From positions 656 through 64,655 of the forward strand of contig JAUQWV010000003.1 of assembly GCA_030834985.1 (NCBI GenBank): a stretch of DNA of 64,000 bases, in the 5' to 3' direction. The translations under genes and the position numbers were made by a program. This DNA is from Candidatus Dojkabacteria bacterium (GTDB taxonomy: Bacteria > Patescibacteriota > Dojkabacteria > J137). The notes below the pieces were generated by a model. That model did not search any database. It saw only the letters and a list, made by a program, of their open reading frames with translations, and was not told the origin of the DNA. Of the stretch, positions 54,812 to 64,000 are shown in pieces (within the stretch, counting starts at the first letter, position 1; each line of letters opens with the position of its first letter).

Positions 54812-55454
54812 AGCTTAATATTGGTTTAAAACTAGTCCTATGTATTTGGCTAGCACCATAAATTTTTAGAGCATTTAAATGTTCTTTTGTAGGATACCCT
54901 TTGTTTCTATCAAATCCGTAGTGATTATAGCTTAAATGAAGTTGGCTCATTAATTCATCTCTGTAAACCTTAGCTAAAATTGATGCTGCAGCTACGCTAT
55001 AAAAAGTTGAATCTGCTTTATTCTGTTTTACCGTTTGATTGCCAAAATCAGTTTTAAATTGCCCATCAATTATATATACCGCTCGCTTATTTTGTTGCAT
55101 CAAGGATTCATTTAACTGAGAGATAGCAGAAGTTATGAGCTGAGATATTGTTTGCCCAATGCCCACCTGATTAATATCTTCTAAAGAACCTGTTAACACT
55201 AGATGATTTGTTGGCTGTAATAAAGATGATAGCTCTTGGCGCTTTTGTTTTGGAACTAGCTTTGAGTCATTAATCCCATCAATTAACTTAAAAGAGTTTA
55301 TATCTAAAACAAAAGCGCCAATACACACCGGTCCCGCCCACGCGCCCCTACCAACTTCATCAATACCAATTACTAAATCAGCATTATGTTGATTTAATAA
55401 TTGTATATCGGCTGAAAAATCTAGAGCTTGCATACGCTCATTATACAACACCAT
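54792..55454 (-). CDS. rnhB: Ribonuclease HII
   Basis: LVIGIDEVGRGAWAGPVCIGA catalytic DEVGRG motif. Confidence 0.85.
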   Translation of the reverse strand: MVLYNERMQALDFSADIQLLNQHNADLVIGIDEVGRGAWAGPVCIGAFVLDINSFKLIDGINDSKLVPKQKRQELSSLLQPTNHLVLTGSLEDINQVGIGQTISQLITSAISQLNESLMQQNKRAVYIIDGQFKTDFGNQTVKQNKADSTFYSVAAASILAKVYRDELMSQLHLSYNHYGFDRNKGYPTKEHLNALKIYGASQIHRTSFKPILSYEKNRN

Positions 55455-55465
55455 AATGCAACAAA

Positions 55466-55488
55466 AAGCCCCGACAAAGTCGGGGCTT
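55466..55488 (-). terminator. Hairpin (aagccccgac aaa gtcggggctt) downstream of rplS
   Basis: 10-bp stem. On the minus strand it is followed by ttttgttgc. Confidence 0.55.
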
Positions 55489-55509
55489 TCAAAGTCTAAA
55501 TACTATATT

Positions 55510-55956
55510 TTATTCAGCAGAATTTGTTTCTGTAGTTTCTGCTGGAACTTCAGCTGCCACTGGTGCAACATTTTCTTCAATTTGACCTTCCTCTGGAACA
55601 GTAACTGTTCTACCTTTTCGAACTCGCATAGACATTTTACCAACTCTGTCTCGCATAAAGTAAAGTTTTGATCTTCGAACAGCTTCAGTTTTTACTACTT
55701 TAACTTTAGAAATATTTGGTGAATATAAAGGTAATTTCTTTTCTACACCAACTCCATAACTAATTTTTCTAACAGTAATCATTGTGCCTGTACCACTTCC
55801 GCTTACAGCAATAACTAAGCCTTTGAATTTCTGAATTCTTTGCTTATTGCCTTCTCGAATGATTGTATCTACTTCTACAGTATCGCCAGGTTTAATTGCA
55901 GGAACCTTTTTGGCTACTGAGTCTTTTTGCACTTTATTTAAAATCTGAGTATTCAT
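55510..55956 (-). CDS. rplS: 50S ribosomal protein L19 (with a C-terminal extension)
   Basis: GDTVEVDTIIREGNKQRIQKFKGLVIA ... KLYFMRDRVGK. Confidence 0.9.
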   Translation of the reverse strand: MNTQILNKVQKDSVAKKVPAIKPGDTVEVDTIIREGNKQRIQKFKGLVIAVSGSGTGTMITVRKISYGVGVEKKLPLYSPNISKVKVVKTEAVRRSKLYFMRDRVGKMSMRVRKGRTVTVPEEGQIEENVAPVAAEVPAETTETNSAE

Positions 55957-55998
55957 AATTATTTCTTAAAAAAGCTTTTCGATTATAACGTAATTTAG

Positions 55999-57417
55999 TT
56001 AAAAATCAAAGCTATATCGAGGTAAAATGACCTTTACTCTATCATAAGCCGTCCCTAAATCTACTTTTTCCCAATAATATTCAGCTAACTCTTCCTGTGT
56101 AAGTTCCTGCTCAGCTGGAAAAGAAGATGGAAAAGATGCAGGTGTTACTGTAGGAAGCTCTGGATCTGGATTATACCTGTACAAATAAGATTTACCAAAA
56201 AATTCTAAAGATGTTGCATATAAGTTATCAAATGGAATAATTGTATAAATATCGCTTCTAATATTTTTAAGATTTAAAGCAGTTTCTGCTGTTGTTATTG
56301 TATTTACATACCGTATATCTATCGCTGTTGTATTCCAAAGTGTTGGACCTGCGGATGTTAAGTTATTAAGCACATAGTATAGATCATTACCTGATAACGA
56401 TAATCTATTAACTACTTGCCCATTGCCTTTAGATAAAATTACTTTCCTTTCAGCTTCTCCGAATGTAAATTTATAGATTTCACCATTTTGGTAAGCTTTA
56501 TAAAGACCATCTGTACTCTCGTTAGTCCAATAAAAGTTACCTCCGAGATTGGAACGTATTTTTTCGCAGGCAAGTGGAGAAATTACTTTATCTCTAAGGC
56601 CTAAGGTATAGCATTCCTTCTGCTGATTTAAATATATTGTGCCTTCAGATACACCAACATACCATACACTTGCCTGCGTATTTAAAAAATTTGTCTGGTA
56701 AAGATTATAGTCTCTTCCTTTTACATCAGTTGCTTCAATATGTACTGTATTATTTCGGTCAAAATACGAGTAATAAAAGGTTTTATCTTGTATTGAAAAG
56801 TGAGCACTTATAAAAACTTCATCCCTAGCTAATTTTCTGATTAAAATTGGCGGATTATTCCGGGTATTCAAATAAAGTTCTGAAGTATGTGAGTTTGGAC
56901 TATTAATTGCGTATAAGAAAGTATTCTCATTATAGAATCTAAACATTTCTATAGGACTGTTAATAAAAGCGACTTGCTGAAATGTCCCATCTTTGTTGAA
57001 TTTACTAATTGTTGTATTTGGCCCTGCTTCTAATTGTAAATACCTAAAGTCGCTAGTGGGAAGTGGCTGAAATTCTTCTGTTAAAGTATCTGTAAAATTA
57101 TTTATTATTGTTTCTGCCTGAGTTAAGGTAAGACTATTTAATTTGGTAGCTGGATTTGTATCAAAAACTCTGCCAATAGTATCTAAGATTGAATCATTAT
57201 CAAATTCGGGCGGATTCTGTAAAAAAACTCCACGTAAGATAAAAACTAAAGCAAAACAAACAATAATTAGTACAAAAGGTATTAAAAGTAGCCGTTTATC
57301 TAGCTTTTTTCTTTGAGCTGCTGATGCACTAATATTATTAAGGCCTGCTGTATTAACTGCAGTTGGATACTTTACATCTAAAGAATTGTTTACTTTTTGT
57401 TCAAAATCAGGATTCAT
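55999..57417 (-). CDS. Membrane-anchored hypothetical protein (472 aa), beta-propeller-like
   Basis: N-terminal TM LLLIPFVLIIVCFALVFIL. No catalytic motifs recognised. Confidence 0.55.
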   Translation of the reverse strand: MNPDFEQKVNNSLDVKYPTAVNTAGLNNISASAAQRKKLDKRLLLIPFVLIIVCFALVFILRGVFLQNPPEFDNDSILDTIGRVFDTNPATKLNSLTLTQAETIINNFTDTLTEEFQPLPTSDFRYLQLEAGPNTTISKFNKDGTFQQVAFINSPIEMFRFYNENTFLYAINSPNSHTSELYLNTRNNPPILIRKLARDEVFISAHFSIQDKTFYYSYFDRNNTVHIEATDVKGRDYNLYQTNFLNTQASVWYVGVSEGTIYLNQQKECYTLGLRDKVISPLACEKIRSNLGGNFYWTNESTDGLYKAYQNGEIYKFTFGEAERKVILSKGNGQVVNRLSLSGNDLYYVLNNLTSAGPTLWNTTAIDIRYVNTITTAETALNLKNIRSDIYTIIPFDNLYATSLEFFGKSYLYRYNPDPELPTVTPASFPSSFPAEQELTQEELAEYYWEKVDLGTAYDRVKVILPRYSFDF

Positions 57418-57506
57418 TTTTTCAATTTAGCTTGTTTTTAAGGGCTTTAGCCATTATAATCATAGTTTGATTAAGCAAGAATTTCAAATATTAAAATTAT
57501 TTAAGT

Positions 57507-57710
57507 ATGTCAAAGACTCAAGGCCCAACCTATAAGCCAAGCAAGATTAAAAGAATCAGAAAATTTGGATTTAGAGGACGAATTGCTAAAAAAGGCGGAG
57601 CTAAAGTTCTAAAAGCTCGACGCACAAAAGGCAGACACGCTTTAACTGCTTCTTCAGAATTCGGCAGTAAAGTTCAAAAAAATAAGAAATTTTCTAGACG
57701 ACGAAGATAA
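57507..57710 (+). CDS. rpmH: 50S ribosomal protein L34 (with a C-terminal extension)
   Basis: [39 protein letters not shown] matches the L34 consensus (FQPSxxKRxRxHGFRxRMxTKxGRxVLxRRRxKGRxxLT). Confidence 0.75.
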   Translation: MSKTQGPTYKPSKIKRIRKFGFRGRIAKKGGAKVLKARRTKGRHALTASSEFGSKVQKNKKFSRRRR

Positions 57711-59465
57711 TCAAACTATCGAATAGTTCTTTGAATCTATAGATTTTCTTTCTTTAGTTAGTACATCTACCTCTTCCATTAAAGAAAGATCCTCTGGGTT
57801 TAGTTTGAATTCCTTTCTAAGCTGCATCAGTCTTTTGTTGATATATTCTTTGCGTAAATTTTGAGCAGTGGAATTTATCTCTTTTTTTATATCTATATCA
57901 CGAACTTCAAACATGATGATATCTTCAAATAGCTGATGATACTCTTGTGGTAATTTACTTTCTAAAATCCCAAAGTCAACTTCTGGGTTCTCTTTTAAAA
58001 TTGTAAATACTGTTTTTGTTGAATCACTTAAAAAATTGTCTGCATCGAACTGCGATGATTCAAGTAAATTAGAATAAACAAGCAATTGAAGTAAATATTT
58101 CTCGTCAGGATTAAAAGTGTTATTACTAGGTTTTGTTTCTACAACTTCATTTTCCGTCTGCCCACTATGCCTTAATGCAGGAGCTTTAAGCTTGTTTGCT
58201 CTGGAATCTATAAAGTTTTCAGAAACTTCTAAAATCGATGCTATAGTCTTTCGATAATGATTAAATAGTACTTCATCTTTAACCAAAGATAAACACGGTA
58301 AAATTCGAGACTCGAATACACTTTTACCTTCAGCACTCCCCATATCCAAATCTTCACTAAACTTTTCAATCAAATAGTCCATAGTTTGCTTAGCATTTTC
58401 TATTCTGACTTTCCATTCCTCTGGTACAGCTTTGATTAAATCATCGGCGTCTTGGTAGCCTGTTAAGTCGATTACTTTGTGCTTTAGTTCTATTTCTTCA
58501 GCTATGCCCATACCTCGAATAAGCGCTTTGGTGCCGGCAGCATCTGTGTCAAAACAAAAGTAGACGTACTCACCAAAGCGCTTTATCAATTTAGCTTGGT
58601 TTATTGTAAGAGCAGTTCCAAGAGGAGCCACAATATTGCCGATTTCTACTCTATGTGAAGATAAAATATCAATATTACCTTCTACCAAAATTAGAAAGTT
58701 GTTATCTTTCAAAAACTCTTTTGCTTGATGTAGTCCATAAAGCATTTCCTTTTTTTTATATACTAAGGTTTCTGGTGAATTTAAATATTTAGGAGCTTCT
58801 TTTATTGAACCAATATAGCGGCCGCTGAAAGCTACAACTTCACCTTTTAAGTTGAAAATCGGTTGAATTAATCTTTCACGAAATTTGTCGATAGTTTTAT
58901 TGTTTCGCTCAACTAATAAACCCCATCTAATAAGGTCCTTTTCTTCAAACCCTTTTGATATTAAAAACTTTTTTAGATTATCTGTTTTGTTTGGTGCATA
59001 GCCAACTAAAAAATCATGAATACGCTGTAAATCTATTTTTCTTTTTTTAGTGGCATACTCTAATCCTTTCTTCCCGCTTTTGTGCTGAGTAAGAATATAG
59101 TTGTAATACTTTGCAGTAAGCCAATTTGCATTCAAAAGTTTTTCTTTTTCGGCTTTTTCTTTTGAATTCTTACTAGATGATTCCCGTGTTAGTTCAATAC
59201 CTGCTTTTTCAGCTGCAATTTTTAAAGCATCGGCAAAGTCGGTATGCTCGATCTCTTCTATAAACTTAATTACATCACCGACTTTGCCGCATCCAAAGCA
59301 TTTGAAAATTTGTAAAGACGGATTTACTGTAAAAGATGGAGTTTTTTCTGAGTGAAAAGGACATCTGGCTTTAAAATTCACACCTGCTTTTTTTAAGTCA
59401 GGAACGTATGAACCTATTACATCAACAATATCAAGTTTTGCTTTTATATTTTCAATATCACTCAT
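57711..59465 (-). CDS. dnaG: DNA primase
   Basis: Zinc ribbon CPFHSEKTPSFTV...CFGCG and TOPRIM motif LVEGNIDILS. Confidence 0.9.
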   Translation of the reverse strand: MSDIENIKAKLDIVDVIGSYVPDLKKAGVNFKARCPFHSEKTPSFTVNPSLQIFKCFGCGKVGDVIKFIEEIEHTDFADALKIAAEKAGIELTRESSSKNSKEKAEKEKLLNANWLTAKYYNYILTQHKSGKKGLEYATKKRKIDLQRIHDFLVGYAPNKTDNLKKFLISKGFEEKDLIRWGLLVERNNKTIDKFRERLIQPIFNLKGEVVAFSGRYIGSIKEAPKYLNSPETLVYKKKEMLYGLHQAKEFLKDNNFLILVEGNIDILSSHRVEIGNIVAPLGTALTINQAKLIKRFGEYVYFCFDTDAAGTKALIRGMGIAEEIELKHKVIDLTGYQDADDLIKAVPEEWKVRIENAKQTMDYLIEKFSEDLDMGSAEGKSVFESRILPCLSLVKDEVLFNHYRKTIASILEVSENFIDSRANKLKAPALRHSGQTENEVVETKPSNNTFNPDEKYLLQLLVYSNLLESSQFDADNFLSDSTKTVFTILKENPEVDFGILESKLPQEYHQLFEDIIMFEVRDIDIKKEINSTAQNLRKEYINKRLMQLRKEFKLNPEDLSLMEEVDVLTKERKSIDSKNYSIV

Positions 59466-59539
59466 TTACCGAATTATACCGAAAGTATACTGTTTTGCGT
59501 CAATTTGGTTATATAATGTGATTATTATTAACTTTTAGG

Positions 59540-60016
59540 ATGTACTTAATGCAAGTTTATATAGCAAGCGACCACGGTGGTTTTGAATTAAAAGATAAGA
59601 TTAAAAAAATGTTATTAGAAATGGATATAACACCAATCGACTGTGGTGCTGAAACTTTAGACCCTGAAGATGATTATCCTGATTTTGCAATTGCATTAGG
59701 CCAAAAGTTTAAACAGGATAATTTTGAAGGAGCAAAAGGAATATTAATTTGTCGCTCGGGAGTTGGGATGGCAATAGTAGCAAATAAAATTAAAGGAATT
59801 TATGCAGCACTTTGCTCAACTCGTGAACAAGCAATTAAAGCTCGTGAACATAATAATGCTAACGTACTGTGTTTAGATGCCGATTTTATTGATGACAATA
59901 TTCATTTAGATATTGTAAAAACTTTTCTTGAAACAGAATTTGGAGGCTGGAATTCAAGACACGGCAGAAGGGTCACTAAAATTATTGAATTCGAAAGAGA
60001 TCATTTAAACGATTAA
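59540..60016 (+). CDS. rpiB: Ribose-5-phosphate isomerase B (RpiB/LacAB family)
   Basis: QVYIASDHGGFELK, ILICRSGVGMAIVANK, NANVLCL. Confidence 0.85.
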   Translation: MYLMQVYIASDHGGFELKDKIKKMLLEMDITPIDCGAETLDPEDDYPDFAIALGQKFKQDNFEGAKGILICRSGVGMAIVANKIKGIYAALCSTREQAIKAREHNNANVLCLDADFIDDNIHLDIVKTFLETEFGGWNSRHGRRVTKIIEFERDHLND

Positions 60017-60020
60017 AGAA

Positions 60021-60041
60021 AGCGCCCTCCTCGAGGGCGCT
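60021..60041. terminator. Bidirectional intrinsic terminator (agcgccctc ctc gagggcgct followed by tttaatttt) between convergent rpiB and the 229-aa gene
   Basis: 9-bp GC stem with T-tracts on both sides. Confidence 0.65.
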
Positions 60042-60063
60042 TTTAATTTTCAATAAATCAATC

Positions 60064-60753
60064 TTATAAATTCTCTGTTGCAACAATAGTCAAGATAGAT
60101 TCACTTGAGCTTTCATCGCCAATCACAGAAACTACAACTTCAGTACTGCCCTTCTTAAAGTTTAAGACTTGAGCTAAGAAGTTAAATTCTCCATCTAAAG
60201 TATAGCCATTATTTGGCATTTGAGCTTTGTAGAAGTTAATAATTTCACTAGCTTTTGCAGAAGCAGTAAATGTTACTGATGTTTCTGCTCCATCCGCAGT
60301 ACTCCACGTAGCTGTTGCACCGGTATAAATCGGAACATCGCTTGGAAATGTTGATGGGATCTCTGCACCAAAATTAATACTACCGCTTAAACCAGAATCA
60401 TCTGAATCAGAATCTGAACCTGTATCGTTTGTATTATTAGTTACAGTATTAGTTTGACCGTTATTTGATGATTCAAGGTTATTCAGCATAGCATTCGTTG
60501 CTGCATTTTGTAGTGTTGGGATAGCTTGATTTAGCACATTAGTGAATAAGAACCATGCTACTCCTGAGCATAGTAAACAAGCAATAATCAATACCAATAA
60601 AATTATTAAAACCTTTGGTAATGCTGAGCTCGACTTCTTTTCTACCACAGTTGTAGATGCTGCTGGCGCTGCAGCAGGTGCTGGAGCCACTGCTTGAGTG
60701 TTTGCTTCTGGAGCAACTGGAGCAGTTTCAGCTGGCTTTGGTTCATTAGCCAT
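60064..60753 (-). CDS. Membrane hypothetical protein (229 aa) with an Ala/Pro-rich N-terminus
   Basis: TM LPKVLIILLVLIIACLLCSGVAWFLF. Low-complexity APAPAAAPAA. Confidence 0.55.
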   Translation of the reverse strand: MANEPKPAETAPVAPEANTQAVAPAPAAAPAASTTVVEKKSSSALPKVLIILLVLIIACLLCSGVAWFLFTNVLNQAIPTLQNAATNAMLNNLESSNNGQTNTVTNNTNDTGSDSDSDDSGLSGSINFGAEIPSTFPSDVPIYTGATATWSTADGAETSVTFTASAKASEIINFYKAQMPNNGYTLDGEFNFLAQVLNFKKGSTEVVVSVIGDESSSESILTIVATENL

Positions 60754-60807
60754 AATATTCTTTATAAAAATTAAATAATACTAAAATATATCAGCTATAA
60801 AGCCGTA

Positions 60808-61479
60808 TTACAACTTAAAGATACTCCAGGGATATTCGTCTGGAGTTTTTACTATAAATTTCTGCTTAACTTGAGTTATTGGATGCAAAAACTCCAAACT
60901 ATATGCAAATAGCGCAATTGGTGCAGAACTATCTCGAATGCCTTCAATATACAGTTTATCGCCTAAGATTGGATGGCCTATATCTGCGAGCTGGGCTCTA
61001 ATCTGGTGAGCCCTTCCTGTTTTTAAATCTATATCAAGCATCGACAAATTATCTTTTGATGTAATAACTTTGTAAGATAATTCTGCATATTTGGCATCTT
61101 TAGTTGGCTTATCTAATGCGATTGTTCTACGTTCACTTTCTGACTTTAGCAAAAAGTTCTTAAGTGTTCCGGTAGGTTCTTTTAGAACACCTTCTACAAC
61201 AGCATAGTATTTTTTTTGAAAAGTATGGCTCGCCACCTGTTTAGAAAGCCGGCTTGCTGCCTTAGAAGTTTTAGCAAATACCATTACTCCACCTACATTT
61301 TTATCAAGCCTATGGACTAATCCTAGGAATACATTCCTTGGCTTATTATATTTTTTCTTTAATATCTTTTTAAGTTCTGTAAGGATATCTGGATCACCGG
61401 TAATATCGGCTTGAGAAAGCATACCATACGGCTTTTCAGCTACAATAATATGGTTATCTTCAAATAAGATATTAATCAT
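60808..61479 (-). CDS. RluA-family pseudouridine synthase
   Basis: HRLDKNVGGVMVFAKTSKAASRL catalytic-Asp block. Confidence 0.8.
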   Translation of the reverse strand: MINILFEDNHIIVAEKPYGMLSQADITGDPDILTELKKILKKKYNKPRNVFLGLVHRLDKNVGGVMVFAKTSKAASRLSKQVASHTFQKKYYAVVEGVLKEPTGTLKNFLLKSESERRTIALDKPTKDAKYAELSYKVITSKDNLSMLDIDLKTGRAHQIRAQLADIGHPILGDKLYIEGIRDSSAPIALFAYSLEFLHPITQVKQKFIVKTPDEYPWSIFKL

Positions 61480-62344
61480 TTACTTGAGCTAAACTGTAAA
61501 GTCCCGCTGGCAATATAAAACCACGATTTGTATCTTGTAAGCCTAGTTCACCTGAGGTGATTTGAAATTTTGAATCTAAGTTATCTTTTAATACATTTTC
61601 TAATGCTATAGCAGAAAATGAAGTTGCATAAGCATTAACTAAAAAGAACAAAGGATCTTCTATAATTTTCGCACAGGCTTCAACAAGCTCACTTAAATCT
61701 CTTTCAATTTCCCACAATTGCCCTGTTGGACCTCTACCGTAAGCTGGAGGATCCATTATTATTCCATTGTATTTATTACCCCTTCTAAATTCTCTTTCTA
61801 CAAATTTAATTACATCCTCCACAATAAAACGTGTGCCCTTCCCATCAAGACCTGAATCAACAATATTTTGCTTTGCAATGCTAGTCATACCCTTTGAAGC
61901 ATCAATATGGGTTACTTGAGCTCCAGCTGCCGTACAGGCAGCTGTCGCTCCACCTGTATATGCAAAAAGGTTAAGTATTTTTATTTCTTTTTTACCTTTT
62001 GACTTAGCATTTTGAATTAAATCAGTAAGTCTTTCCCAATTAACTGCCTGCTCAGGAAATAAGCCTGTATGTTTAAATTGTGTAGGTTTAATATTAAATA
62101 TAAGACTTTTGTATTTGATTTTCCATTCACTTGGAGTTTTAGACAAAGTTTCCCATCTGCCGCCACCTGAGTTACTTCTATGATAAATCATATTCGGCAT
62201 ATGCCACTCTTTTACTTTATTGTCTTTATTCCAAATAGCCTGAGGATCAGGTCTACGCAAAATGTAGCTCCCCCATCTTTCAAGTTTTTCACCATTCCCT
62301 GAGTCTAATAACTCAAAATCCTGCCAATCTTTAGGTGTTTCCAT
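61472..62344 (-). CDS. Class I SAM-dependent methyltransferase, RlmI/RlmK-like
   Basis: ILNLFAYTGGATAAC SAM-binding motif and MDPPAYGRGP motif IV. Confidence 0.7.
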   Translation of the reverse strand: METPKDWQDFELLDSGNGEKLERWGSYILRRPDPQAIWNKDNKVKEWHMPNMIYHRSNSGGGRWETLSKTPSEWKIKYKSLIFNIKPTQFKHTGLFPEQAVNWERLTDLIQNAKSKGKKEIKILNLFAYTGGATAACTAAGAQVTHIDASKGMTSIAKQNIVDSGLDGKGTRFIVEDVIKFVEREFRRGNKYNGIIMDPPAYGRGPTGQLWEIERDLSELVEACAKIIEDPLFFLVNAYATSFSAIALENVLKDNLDSKFQITSGELGLQDTNRGFILPAGLYSLAQVND

Positions 62345-62443
62345 AGTTTCTAATTAAAGTTATATGTTAATTGTAACAAATCCTGCAATTGACTTAAGAA
62401 GCGCATTATGACAAACTTAGACGCTAATTTTTAATAAAAATAA

Positions 62444-63169
62444 ATGAGTATTACATTCTCCAAAGCTAAATTACAGGGTTTTTACAAGTTAACCAGAATA
62501 AGAACAATAATGGAATTCTACCCCATATTAATTGTTCTAGGCTTTGTAGCTACTAAATCAGCAATAAATTTATATTCAATAATAACTGCTATCTCAATAC
62601 TACTAACTTTGGTAGCTGCATTTATTATTAATGATGTTGTAGATTCCGATGACGATGCTAAAGATCCTAAAAAAGTAAATCGCAATCCAATTTCAGCAGG
62701 AATAATATCCAAACAGGAAGGTTTTAACTTTTACCTCCTTTTTGCCGCTGTGGGCGTATTGATTTTACTTTTTATAAATCTGCATACTTTATTACTTGGA
62801 ATAATAACTACCGTTATAGGCTATCTATATTCAGCTAAACCGATCCGACTAAAATCACGACCTATTGTTGATCTTTTATCACATGGATTCTTTTTGGCTG
62901 CAGCAATAGTTTTAATGTTTACCTATTTGCCTAACGCAACAGTTAGTATAAACACCGCGCTAATAGTTGCTGGGGTATATCTATTTTCTATGGGTGGTGA
63001 CCTATATAACGAACTACGCGACTGGGTAGTTGACCGAGAAACAGGGCTAAAGAATACCTCCCACTTTTTAGGTATTAAAGCTTCAAAACTTTTAAGCTAT
63101 ATTCTTTATACGCTGGGTATTGGATTATGTGCTTATGCAGCTTTAGCAAATTTAGTTAATTTGTATTGA
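62444..63169 (+). CDS. UbiA-family prenyltransferase
   Basis: NDVVDSDDDAKDPKKVNRNPI first Asp-rich motif, a second DxxxE/D motif, and multiple TM helices. Confidence 0.75.
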   Translation: MSITFSKAKLQGFYKLTRIRTIMEFYPILIVLGFVATKSAINLYSIITAISILLTLVAAFIINDVVDSDDDAKDPKKVNRNPISAGIISKQEGFNFYLLFAAVGVLILLFINLHTLLLGIITTVIGYLYSAKPIRLKSRPIVDLLSHGFFLAAAIVLMFTYLPNATVSINTALIVAGVYLFSMGGDLYNELRDWVVDRETGLKNTSHFLGIKASKLLSYILYTLGIGLCAYAALANLVNLY

Positions 63170-63660
63170 TGAGTCTGACCATTTGGTAAGATTACTTCAA
63201 CAACATCACCAATTTTTGCATTTAAGATTGCTTTACCAATAGGTGAATCTGTAGAAATTTTGCCTTCTGTAGGATTAGCAGATTTACTCTCTTCTGAACC
63301 AACTAATGTGACAACTCTTTTTTGCTTGTTTAAGGTATTTTCAATCTCTACACTTTCACCAACATTTACAAAGTTATCGCCTGAGGTTTTTTCAGTTTCT
63401 TCAACAATGAATACTAAAGCTAAAATGCTTTCTAGCTCATTTATTCTATTTTCATTCATCTCTTTTTTATCCATAGCAACTGTATAAGCATGGTTCTCTG
63501 ATAAGTCACCAAGCTCACGTGCAGCTGCAATTTCCTCAGCAATTTCTAATCTTAAAACATCTTTTCGATATGCTAATTCCTTTGATAATTCATCAAAAGA
63601 AGCCTGAGTCATTGTTATTTGATTCTCTTTTACTTTTTGTGCTTTTCTTGTTCTTGCCAT
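63133..63660 (-). CDS. greA: Transcription elongation factor GreA (with an N-terminal extension)
   Basis: ITMTQASFDELSKELAYRKDVLRLEIAEEIAAARELGDLSENHAY is the GreA coiled-coil. The C-terminus has an FKBP-like domain. Confidence 0.85.
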   Translation of the reverse strand: MARTRKAQKVKENQITMTQASFDELSKELAYRKDVLRLEIAEEIAAARELGDLSENHAYTVAMDKKEMNENRINELESILALVFIVEETEKTSGDNFVNVGESVEIENTLNKQKRVVTLVGSEESKSANPTEGKISTDSPIGKAILNAKIGDVVEVILPNGQTHQYKLTKFAKAA

Positions 63661-64000
63661 AAAATATTTGTTATTCTTAAATTTCTAAAAAATAAGCCAA
63701 ACAAAGGTTACCTTTGCTTGGTCTTTATACGGGTTATTATTTTACCAGATAAATCATAACACAAGCAAGCCTATTTTGTGTTATTTTTTTAGGACAATTT
63801 CAACAACCAAGTTATCAATTAGTTGACTGGTAAAGATTAAAGAGTTCCCAGTTTGCCCAATTTGAGGAACAAAGCTTAATATATTTAAACCGGTAGCTAC
63901 TTCAAACTTAGAATCCAACGTTGTATTCCCCCCTCTAACCTTCGAAATTCCATACTGAATTTCTCTATTTTCGGTCTCAATTATTCTACCTATCGAATTA

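Noticed and set aside
1-64000. CRISPR arrays, cas genes, restriction-modification, toxin-antitoxin pairs, reverse transcriptase/DGR
   Set aside because: No short regularly spaced direct repeats were seen. No nuclease, methyltransferase (other than an rRNA MTase-like gene) or RT motifs were recognised in any ORF.
1-64000. Alternative genetic code (UGA=Gly, code 25) as in Gracilibacteria/SR1
   Set aside because: All ribosomal proteins, EF-Tu, EF-G and SecY are full-length with standard stops, so there is no need for UGA read-through.

Overview
This is a low-GC window (about 35-38%) that looks like a Candidate Phyla Radiation (Patescibacteria-type) genome under the standard genetic code, because the ribosomal proteins are intact with UGA read as a stop. 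Its core is a complete S10-spc ribosomal protein cluster on the minus strand: tuf, rpsJ, rplC, rplD, rplW, rplB, rpsS, rplV, rpsC, rplP, rpmC, rpsQ, rplN, rplX, rplE, a zinc-ribbon S14, rpsH, rplF, rplR, rpsE, rplO, secY and map. L30 (rpmD) is absent, which is a CPR hallmark. The distal genes (infA, rpmJ, rpsM, rpsK, rpoA, rplQ) and adk are also absent. Other housekeeping genes are fusA (unlinked from tuf), dnaG, rpmH, rpiB, truB, rnhB, rplS, greA, an RluA-family pseudouridine synthase, an RlmI-like methyltransferase, a UbiA prenyltransferase, a heterodimeric ABC exporter pair and a VanY-like carboxypeptidase. Four tRNAs are present: His-GTG, Arg-TCT, Lys-CTT and Leu-TAG.

The region from 1 to about 19.1 kb is accessory and dominated by surface and secreted proteins. 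It starts with a DDE transposase fragment at the window edge. The transposase lies next to a 2049-aa giant surface protein whose 3' end appears truncated by the IS end. Further on are a subtilisin with a C-terminal dockerin next to a cohesin-like anchored protein, a 1193-aa NHL-propeller giant, and a small VWC-like Cys-rich protein. Both giants share an unusual C-terminal module of transmembrane helices alternating with carboxypeptidase-regulatory-like beta-sandwich domains.

Two sharply GC-rich islands (about 7.96-11.04 kb and about 19.08-20.10 kb) sit next to tRNA genes. Each carries its own signal-peptide or membrane proteins, a Shine-Dalgarno site and GC-rich terminators. They are candidates for horizontal acquisition from a high-GC donor, possibly a host. 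A second accessory patch (41-47 kb) holds a beta-helix surface protein with an LSETG-type sorting signal, a sortase, a DUF2207 protein and a second cohesin-like protein. No CRISPR array, Cas gene, restriction system or reverse transcriptase was seen.
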